Below are positions 11,261 through 21,847 of a stretch of DNA of 64,000 nt, piece by piece. The notes under the pieces are model-generated. The model saw only the letters and a list, made by a program, of their open reading frames with translations, was not told the DNA's origin and did no database searches. The DNA comes from Penicillus capitatus. Its lineage: Eukaryota; Plantae; Chlorophyta. Numbering within the stretch: the first letter of the stretch is position 1; the number at the start of each line of letters is the position of its first letter. The stretch spans positions 511,949-575,948 of the forward strand of contig OZ287698.1 of NCBI GenBank assembly GCA_965649825.1, in the 5' to 3' direction. The position numbers and the translations under genes were made by a program.

Positions 11261-12812
11261 GTTTTTCACATTGATTGTGGGAGGGGTTGCGCAAAACAAG
11301 ATGTTGTGTTTAACGTACAGACGGTCTAAATTTTCGCCCTACAGGGATATTAAATGCAGGGGAATGTGACCTTATTACGTGACCTCGGGGCAGGTAATTC
11401 ATCATACACTCAGAATTGTCATATTCACAGTTGTTGTCGCATCAGCCGACATCTCATCATTTGCAGTCAGTGATGGTTACTTAACGGGTGTTTCAAGACT
11501 GTCTATTGTTGTGTTCTTACTCTACGCGGAAACGCGGTGATCTCCGTAGAGGCGTCCGACGAGAGAAAACTGGACTTCGATTGTACTGTTCTTTCCCGTA
11601 GGTTCGATGATAGACATCATCTCTCGCACGATGTCTTGAGGACAAAGCTGTTTTCAGATGGTTCGAGTAACGCGGTTATGTTTACTCGATGAACGGTTTG
11701 GCACATAGCGTCGTTACGACGTTTGCTTGCATATCATCTTTAATCATTTTAACAGCTCCTTGAGTGTGTCATCCCGAATCTGCCTGCCGACTGTCAAAGT
11801 ATGGTGTGTTTCTGAGAGGACGCTAATGGCATGTCGTCGTAATGGGTGGCATTTCTGCCACTTTGTGTTTTTACGCCTCTAGCTACGCGACTTAACCGTC
11901 GCCGCCGAATCGCGATGAGCAGGCATGAGTCAAGGTGACTAGGAGTGAGCTCTTATGAAGTTCACACTAAAGTTCCTTAGAAGCTTCTAGAATCTCATTG
12001 GGAACTCACTCTTGAACTTCAAGCATTTTTCGGCCGTCACATCGGGGATTGATTAATTAAGCGCGGGTCGGACACATAAAAACATCTTTCGCTTGACATC
12101 TAACTTTGCACTTGTGCATGTGAATCGCATGCAGTCTGTTTCTGTTTATCAAAACACTCACTGTCTATTGTCGTTGTAACAAGCTGTCTCTTCGCAGCAA
12201 CTTTTAGCGTGGCCTCCGATATCGTTGCCCATCCTCATCTTGCTTCAAGACTTCCGCTGAGATTGTGAGATAAACCAACCCGGAGACGATTCAGGCACTC
12301 ACTCTCCTCGTTGTCGACCCTTTGCCTCGCAAGCGAGCGGGAGATACCTGTCCACAAAGAGGACATCCTGAGGAACGTGGAGGGTGAGGCTGCCGGAGGG
12401 AGTTCTTCACACCGACAATATGAAATATCCGTCTGCTGCAGTGGGAAAGGTGTTTTGTGACGACAGCATCACCCGTTAGTAATAAGGGTCATCTCTCAGC
12501 CTTACAGCAGAGCATCTATGAACCGCACTCCAGAAACAATCACCGCCGGGTCGCCTCCTCAGTCGCATCACTACCTCGGCGGTCCATTCGACAAGCAAAT
12601 TGAGATGTCATCTGATAACACCCTCGTTCTAACTGCATTAGGTTGCCGAAAGATTGGGTAATAGGTATCTTCTAGACAACCGAGATTTGATTATACCAAG
12701 TCTTCACCAATTACGATTCATCGTTAGAAGACGGCGGTCCTCGTAGTCTTCTTTTGTTTTGGCTTACCGTTGATTGTATTAGCATTTTTGTTCTACTGAC
12801 GCCAAAGAAATC

Positions 12813-13728
12813 GTGTATGGAAACGGAGTGCTGCATGGCGACATTGTTCCAAAGTATTTCGAAATCGGACCATAGGTAGAACGCCGCGGTGTCGTGCGCA
12901 ATATGCTCTTCGTGCACGATGTCGAGTTCGAAGAGGTTGAACTATCAATCGACGAGACATGGCTTGTGGAGAAAGAAAGATTGATTTCTACGGGAGAATG
13001 CCCAATTGGAGTTGTCCTAGTGCTCTACGTTTATGGCAAGCCCTACTTTGGCCACATTCTATCGTTCGTTAACTTGCTGCTGAGGTAAGCGAAGCAGCAA
13101 CAATCGATATAACACTGTCGCCAAGATTTGCTATGGCGATGTGACTGTCTTGTTTTGTGGCGGTTATCCTTGCCAAGGGGCGCTGCTTGTCACGTCAGAA
13201 GGGTGTTTGGTCTGCGAGGGGGTCTTCTTCTCTGCTCTGAGGCTCGGCTGACTCATCTGCCTAGAAAGTCGTTTCACCATGCGGGTATTTAGTCGACGAT
13301 CCGAACCATTTAGGACCTTGCCCTGTAAACGCAAAAAGTCTTCCGCTGTTAGTTCGTTTAGCGTGGCGTCTTCCACGTGACAAGCACTGATGCTCTACAG
13401 CTCGATGCTGTTCATTCGGATCCCGAGAGAGGTACGCTACCGCAGCGACATTATGATCGACGAGTACATCAATTGGCGCAACATTTAGGCAGGACCTTTA
13501 TGCTCGCTTGGATAAGCGATATGACAATTGAGTCGACAAATTGACGCCGTACTCATGGGTTTCGAAAAACCCGGCTTTGATGACATTGCAGTCTACACGA
13601 TGATGAATGACGACCAACTGTTCCTTGAACAGTTTAGCCTGGATGCATACCCGACTCTTAAGGAATTGTTTGAGAAGCTTCGCGCAATCCCACGCATCGC
13701 AGAGTGGACAGAGAAGCAATCGGCTTAG
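12813..13728 (+). pseudogene. GST pseudogene (copy 3)
   Basis: Start ATG changed to GTG (aatcGTG TAT GGA AAC vs aatcATG TCA GGA AAC in GST2), in-frame TAG after GP, frameshifts and a deletion in exon 2, and an intron expanded to ~315 nt. Clear homology throughout (VRNMLFVHDVEFE; MGFEKPGFDDIAVY; IPRIAEW). Confidence 0.85.
13141..13381. mobile_element. ~230-bp insertion flanked by GTGAC direct repeats in the pseudo-GST3 intron
   Basis: GTGAC at 13141-13145 and 13377-13381. Removing the insert restores CGATGTGAC...CAG, as in the GST2 intron. Confidence 0.45.
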
Positions 13729-14359
13729 AAACAAGCGCCGGTTCTTCACCATGACGAGCTCAGATACGATACAGTCACGCTTCAGACTGCTTTGCCTCTT
13801 TTATTGTGACCGTCAATTTTGCATTATTGCCACCAGAAAAGAAACCTTCAGACGACGCTTCGCTCCTAAGATCTTGAACACTAAAGCACAGAACATAAGG
13901 AATGGACTCTGTCTAGCAAACTCAGTTGGACGGAATACGTTGCTGCTCAGATTTAATAGATTCTTGACTTCAATTCGCGTTTCGCCTCCATTCGTGTATC
14001 TCTATTCCGCTTTCTGCGATTATCGTCGGAAGACAATGAAGATAAAGCCAGTAACATGCATTACTGCGACCATCCTTCTGCTGTTATCTCTCTAGTCCAG
14101 GAGCAATAAAATAAAGGAAAAGCTTTCAAGTGTTCGGAGAGTTACGACAGGCTCAGTTCCATCCTTATATATCTGCAGAGTGATGCGATTGTCTAGTCAA
14201 TCGCGTGATCGTAGTCTTAGGGCCAGGGAAAACGCTCTTATTACGTTCGGCAATGTATTCCACCCAAGGCACAAGTTCGACATTTCAATGGTCGATAGAC
14301 GGATAGGGAAGTCCGAAGCTCCGTCTAGAGGTTTCCTTAATTCCCCTACTCTTGCAGTC

Positions 14360-14610
14360 TGCGTGATGCTCACACCAAAGCGCTTTCTTGTGGAGGACGC
14401 ACATCGGGGAGGTGCTGTTCTGAATGCGCTAACCCACGACGTTGACTTCGAGGAGACGCAGATGGGTTCCGTAAGGATGGTGTGAATTGAACAAGCAGTG
14501 AATCAATTTTGATGATGATCCAGTCGCCGCTCTCTCGGTGCTCTACATAAGCGTGACCTTTACTTTGGCCGCCTCTCTGTCATCCTGTATCTCGCAATAC
14601 TTATCATGCA
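14360..14610 (+). pseudogene. Highly degenerate GST exon-1 relic (copy 4)
   Basis: RGGAVLNALTHDVDFEE ~ RGAVVRNMLFVHDVKFE; PVAALSVLYI ~ PIGTVPVLYV (shifted frame); LYFGRLSVILYLA ~ PYFGHIPIVRYLA; spacing is preserved. Confidence 0.55.
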
Positions 14611-14834
14611 GCGGAATTCCAACTTGACATCTTGCTTCATTCGAAATCTGGACTGTGACCATGTCGCTCCTTGCATAACGGTTTAGACAGGTGGTCTCAA
14701 AGATTAGACGCGCGTCGTACATTTCAGCGGACAGTGAATTATCTATCTATCCAGTGTCGAATTTCGCCTCTTCCGACTCGGTGTCCTTTGCATTGCGCAG
14801 AGTTGTGGCAACCACTCGGTCGCATTCCACCACC

Positions 14835-15850
14835 ATGGTACACAGAGCACGCGCGACACAAACGTAGTCTTTGTTCGTTTAGCCGTTTGAAGAGTGGTAT
14901 TCTCAAGTGCGTGGCAATTCTCGCCCTCGAACGCTTCCATCCGTCATCCTGCCTATGTAGCTCCCCGTCATTACGCGGTCGTACATTACGCTCTCTGTGC
15001 TGACAACGGCCGGCTGTGCTCTAGAAGTCCTTTCCCCGACTCACATGTCTTTCCTTCTGAGTTCCGCATTCCATTTAGATAATTACTCCGTTGAGTGTCT
15101 ACTTCAACACGAAATTGATCTTTCAGCAGTTTCAGTTGTGGAGGCTTCTGACAAATTTTCTGTACTTTGGGCAATTAGGTAATTCATCCCCTTCCCACAT
15201 CATCCATTCCCTCACGCCGCCCTTCTTGTAGGGCTGGATTTCGTCTTTCACATGTTCTTTCTTCTAAAGTACAGCAAGGCACTTGAAGAAGGTGATCCGT
15301 TGTGACGGCATCCATCAAGGTCAATCGTTGCATGCTATGCAGGTTCCTTCCATGGAAGGCCAGCTGATTTCCTCTGGATGTTGATCACTGGTAACGGACG
15401 ATCTTTTATCCCCTCACCCAACACAGTTTATGCTCGATTAGGGGCTGGTGTGCTGATGGGAATGGCGCCCTTTGTCAATATTCAATTCTTAGGTGCATCT
15501 CTCACTTATATGATGGTATGTCCCTCACGCAGAGACACCCCTTTCCAAGAGACCATCTCCAAATGCAGGTTTACGTGTGGAGCCGTCGGAATCCCCATGT
15601 TCAGATGAGTTTCCTCGGTCTGTTCACATTCACGGCTCCCTATCTTCCGTGGGTACTGCTGGGCTTTACGGTGATCATTGGGACCAATCCCATCATCGAT
15701 ATCTTGGGCATGATTGCCGGACATCTTTACTACTTCCTCGAAGATGTATACCCCATCATGAGCGGGCGACGCATCCTGACGACTCCGTCAATCGTGAAAG
15801 CTCTCTTTCCCCGTGCCGAGGTCGAAGTTCAACATCAACACGTTGAGTGA
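14835..15850 (+). CDS. DER1: Derlin (Der1-like ERAD membrane protein)
   Basis: M|PFEEWYSQ|LPVITRSY...[11 protein letters not shown]...[32 protein letters not shown]...[12 protein letters not shown]. The first exon is the ATG alone (14835-14837). Confidence 0.92.
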
Positions 15851-15940
15851 ACCACTTTTCGGTATCATCGTCGTACATGTATGTAGAGAAAGAACGTCTT
15901 TAATGAACCACGTTGAGCATTTTCCTTAAACTCGTCCACA

Positions 15941-17573
15941 ATGGCTCGCGTGCGCAACACTGGCCTCAAAGAACAGGTCCTCGAATCTCTGGACGTGACG
16001 AAACTGACGCCGCTCTCGCCAGAGGTCATCAGTCGTCAGGCTACGATAAACATTGGTATGGCTGCGGTGCTTTGTTGGCAGTGGAGTGATGGTGGGCGGC
16101 AGGGACGATCGGTCATGTGGCGCATGGCAAGTCTACCCTTGTCAAATCCATCTCGGGTGTTCACACTGTGCGTTTCAAAAACGAGTTGGAGAGGAACATC
16201 ACCATCAAACTCGGCTACGCCAATGCCAAGATTTATAAGTGTTCAGATCCCAAAGCGGAGAGACCGGATTGCTATGCCGCGTACGGAAGCGGAAAGGAAG
16301 ATACTTTCTACGAAGAGAAATGCGGTTCACACTTTTCTCACACTTTGGCTTCGATAGCATTCACTGTAAGACAGGGGGTCAGATGGAATTGGTCCGACAC
16401 GTGTCGTTTGTCGATTGCCCTGGACACGATATCTTGATGGCTACAATGCTCAACGGAGCTGCCGTGATGGATGGGGCATTGCTGTTGATCGCAGCGAATG
16501 AATCGTGTCCACAGCCTCAGACTTCAGAACACTTAGCCGCTGTCGAGATCATGCGCCTGGCCAACATCATCATTGTGCAGAACAAGGTGGAACGGGAAAG
16601 AGTGAGATAAGGAATGAAGTGTGCGCCCAGGTGGATCTCGTGACAGAGAATGTGGCGCAGACACAGTATGAAACGATTCTGGAGTTTACCAAGAATACAG
16701 TGGCTGATGGTGCACCCATTGTGCCGATGTCGGCTCAGCTGAAGTACAATGTGGATGTCGTGTGCGAGTACATCTGCAAACGCATCCCTGTCCCTGTCAG
16801 GTTACACATATGATCCAGTTGATCCCAGTTTGCCAAGGGAGTGTCCGCAGGGATTTTGTGTCACCGGCGCAGATGATATTGATTCGATCGTTTGACGTGA
16901 ACAAACCGGGATCGGAAGTGGACGAGTTGAAAGGAGGGGTTGCCGGGGGCAGTATTCTTCAGGGTGTTTTGAGAATGGGACAAGAAATCGAGATTCGACC
17001 CGGTATCTTGACAAAGCAATCGTCTGGAGATACCGTCTGCCGTCCAATTCGATCCAAGATCGTGACGCTGCTGGCCGAGAAGAACGAATTGCAGTATGCA
17101 GTTCCCGGCGGTCTCATCGGCGTTGGCACTACAGTTTCATACAATCTCTGGTGACTCAAAGTGTGAGAAAGAGTGATGTTTAGGTGGATCCCAGCTTGAC
17201 AAGAGGCGATCGTTTAGTCGGCCAAGTCCTGGGCGCCGTCGGTTCGCTGCCGGAAGTCTATCAGGAACTGGAGATCAATTTCTTCTTGCTGCGTCGTTTG
17301 CTGGGGGTCAAGACTGAAAAGGGCAAGAAGCAGAGCAAAGTGGAGAAGCTCGGTCGGCACGAGGTTCTGATGCTGAATATCGGATCCATGTGCACCGGGG
17401 CTAAAGTACTGGCCGTCAAACAAGATTTGGCGAAACTACAACTCACTTTACCTGTCTGCACGAAAGTCAAAGATCAAGTTGCACTGAGTCGACGTGTTGA
17501 CAAAAACTGGCGTCTGATCGGTTGGGGACAGATTCAGTCAGGCGTGTCTGCAAAGTTGGAGCAATTTGAATAG
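15941..17573 (+). CDS. EIF2S3: Translation initiation factor eIF2 gamma subunit
   Basis: [72 protein letters not shown]. Confidence 0.97.
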
Positions 17574-17660
17574 ATGCAACAAAAAGTGTCGTACAGTTGT
17601 GTTGTGTCGTACGATTGATTGGAGTTACGCGCCTTCGGCGATCATCTCGTTGCCGTCAAG

Positions 17661-20600
17661 ATGCACCGCCATCGCCTCAGGGGCCGTAGTTTTGGCTCCG
17701 GGTCTGAGTTGTTGCGAATGGATCTCTCTTTGTCGACCCGCGTGGCACCTCGGTCGCGTCTCGTCGTGACGGCGACGGGAGGATTAAAAGCGAAAGGGAA
17801 GCGACACTTCGCTCGGGACATCGCCGTGAAGCGCACCTTGGGCGAAGGCTCCTTCGGTCAAGTTTACGAAGTGCGTACCCGTCGTGGAAGGATACCGTCC
17901 GTCCGATTGAGGGAGTGCAGGGTTTGATGACGACGCCTACTGGGCAGGAACGTGTCGTACTCAAACGCACGAAGGCACAGATTCCTGTGAGAGCATCGGA
18001 GAAACGAACGGGATCAGAGGAGTATGTTATTTCGTGCAGGGTGCTCAGCAGATGTCCGAGATGGAGCATGTGCTGAATGTCTACGCGTCGAAGGTTTGCC
18101 GGAACAGCGTGGCCGAGTTCATGGGGTACTGTGGAGTGAGCTCCGATGAAGCGACCGGAAACCTGACACAGGGAACATGGCTGGTATGACAGACACTCTC
18201 GTGATGCAATAGGAGAGCTGTCATGCAGATGTGGAAATTTCAAGGAGACAAGACACTGGCCACGTACATGAGGCGACGTGACACATTGGCTGCTTTGGCA
18301 GAAGATCTGGACGTCGCTGAGGGAGAAGTCCCTCGCACCGTACTGAAACAGATTTTACTCAACCTTAAGGTCCGGGACGGATGAGCGTGAGGCCGCACGC
18401 TTTTCATTAAGGTCGTTCTAGGGTCTGCACAGTGCCGGTTTGGTACACCGAGATGTCAAGCCGTCAAATCTGGTGTTCTCGGTCGAGGACAAGGCGTTCA
18501 AGTTCATCGATCTGGGAGCCTGTGCCGATCTGCGCCTTGGCACGAATTATGTTCCGAACGAGTCCATCCTGGATGCCATCTATTGCCCACCAGAGCAATA
18601 CGTTTTGCCCACTAATGCGCCTCAGCTGTCAGCCAGTGCCTTCTCCATGGTTATCTCTCCAATGCTCTGGTCCAAACACAAGCCAGATCGCTTCGATGTC
18701 TACTCTGCTGGTCTGATCTTCTTTCAGCTGGCTGTGCCGACTATGTGTTCTGATCGTGCCATTAAGTCCTTCGTCAGCAACTTCGAGCGTCATGAGCACG
18801 ATCTACAACACTGGCGCCAATCGGCAACACTTCTGTCGCGTCACACACAGATACTCGATGCGAATGATGGCGCAGGATGGGATCTTCTGCAACGGATGCT
18901 GAGACCCAGGCGCATCGAACAGAGCAGTGATGGGACAGTGAGCTTTGTGGAGAGCGAAGACGAGAGCCTTCTGCGCGTCTCTGTGGATGCCGCTCTTGCA
19001 CACGATTTCTTTAAGACGGCAGAGACGAGGGAACAGAAGCCGATGCTAAATCTGTGGCGCAGATACTCGCGAAAACTCTTTGATCTGGAGGGGAAGATCC
19101 TGAATCAGGTCGTCGAAACGGAGCAACAGACGACGACGGTGAAGAAGCTGCAGTCCCAAGTTTCCCAGGGCGAGGCGTCGGAACAGGAATTGCGAAAAGA
19201 AGAGCGAAAACTCTCTTCCTTGCAGGCGTCGCTGAAATCCATGCAGAATGAATTCGTGAGTCTGTCAAAAACGGCTTTCGAAAAGTTCGGCGTGAAAAAA
19301 CAAGTGAATCAGGACACGGTCGCAGACGAGATCCTTGAATCTGTGGATGAGACCGAAGACGAAACGAGTATGCCGCTTGGCCAAAAGCCCTTTTATGATA
19401 TGTCTTGTCTGTTAGAAGCGCCTGCTGAGAAGACAGAGACACCTCGTTCTCCGTTCGGTTGGCTGAGAGGAAGAGGATCCAAAGAGAGGGGAGGCACGAG
19501 CACGAGCCCAGCAGAGATCCCTGGCCGACCGGAGAATCTGGTGTACATGGGTCTCAAGTTTACCGGACTTGCGGCTCGTGTTGCGGGAGATTTGGCGACG
19601 AGCATCAAGAAGGACGCCGAAAAGCTGATGGAGGAGATCGAAACAGAAAATGACAAGAAAGTACCTATGTCCTTGTTTTTCACACTTTCTCACTCTTTCA
19701 TCTTCAGCGACACCGCGAATCGACGGATCGACGATTTCTGGAGATGTTGAAGTCATCAAGAGTGACGCAAGCGATGGCGTACGACGATGTGGAAAAGCAG
19801 TTTCGGAGAGAAGATTCCTTCACGGCCGTGGAGCCTGAACGCCGTCAACTGCTGTTCGCCGCCTACATCCGTGCACTGATCGAGAAGCAGTCTAAACTCG
19901 AGAGCAAAGCCGAAGAGCAACTCAGGGTAACGACAGAAGACAGATGCTAGATTCTTAGTTCTCTCAAACATAGATACCTATCTGTTTCTCTCTCCTGTAT
20001 AGCTGAATCAGTTTTGAGAGACTTCTCTGTTGGGACCACTGTAATGTATGATTTTTTCTTGGCGAGTGGACTAAGTCGTCACATGCCGTTCCTGAGTCTT
20101 TGACTCTTGTGTGGTCTGTAGAGTCTGTTTGTCCAGCGAGGCCTTCATTCGGGATCCCGCTGGGAGGACATCGCCGCATCATTGGGTCAAGAGAAGGCCT
20201 TCCTCGCCGTCAAGGATGGAGAGAGACGTCGACAGATCTTCGAGAGTGTGAGGAAAGAACAGCATCAGAGAGACACGGACGAGGCGTCACTGGAGAAGGC
20301 AACGTCCGATTTCAGGATTCTCCTCAGAGGTGAGCTCTCTCATATCCCTTCTGTCTATCATTGCCAATCACTCAATAGAAACGCAGCCTGCCATCCGAGG
20401 ATGTTCATCGTGGCCGCATATCAAGCGTCAGATCTACGACGATCGGCGTTACCAGGCACTCCCTGAGAACCAACGCAGAGAGCTGTTTCTGGAATACCAA
20501 GCCATTGTGCGAGAGATCGAAGCAGAAGAGGAGACCGAACGGCTGAAGGCACTTGAATCTCTCAAGACAAAGGCCGCCGACGAAACGGCCGCTGCCGAGG

Positions 20601-20884
20601 CACGCCTCACAGAACTGCTGCAGCAGCGAGCAAACCTCAAGGAACAGTACGCAAAGATGCAGACCAATCTGGAACGCATGGAAAAGACACTGGACGCCCA
20701 CAAGGCTCGCATCGAAGAGAAGGAGCAAAGAATCCAGCACAGCGATGACGGATCTGTTCTCTTCAGATTCGGTGACGCGGATGGGACGACAGGGCAGACC
20801 GATCCATCTCCATCCCTCGATCCGGCAGCCGCGCAGAGCGATTCCTTCGCTCGAATGAACGGATCAGATGGATCGCCTGTGTGA
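17661..20884 (+). CDS. STN7/STN8-family Ser/Thr kinase with C-terminal coiled coil and FF-like repeats, probably plastid-targeted
   Basis: Arg/Ser-rich N-terminus; GEGSFGQVY, VHRDVKPSN, FIDLGACADLRLGTNYVP, YCPPEQYVLP, PDRFDVYSAG. C-terminal FF-like units (DSFTAVEPERRQLLFAAY; AFLAVKDGERRRQIFE; WPHIKRQIYDDRRYQALPENQRRELFLEY). Confidence 0.8.
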
Positions 20885-21020
20885 TCGACTGGGCTATATA
20901 CGAGTGCATTGTTTCCTGCCAGCATTGGATGCAGGCATTGTGAACGAGGATGCATATCTGCGCTTCTCCTCGATGTGTTTTGCATTGGTCGTCGAGATGT
21001 CACATCACGTTGCGTAATGA

Positions 21021-21551
<531 letters not shown>

Positions 21552-21847
21552 GAGACACCCCAGTGAACGTCATCCATCCCGTTGGATGGTTCATGTGTGC
21601 TAATCCATAAGTGTGCGTCGAAACACAACGATCGATCGGACTTTGTTACGGACGGGACACTGTAGTCGATGACCATCTGTTTGGCTGAATGCACCATCAA
21701 GCGCCATCGCGTCCAAGTCACGCACCGTATGCCGCGTCGCTATTCGCCGGTTAGCAAAACGAGGCAGAACGCAGCGAACTCTGTGCTTTTTAAAGCTGTT
21801 GAATTTTGCAACTGTCTCTTAGCGTGTAAAGCAAAAAGCTTGCGGAC

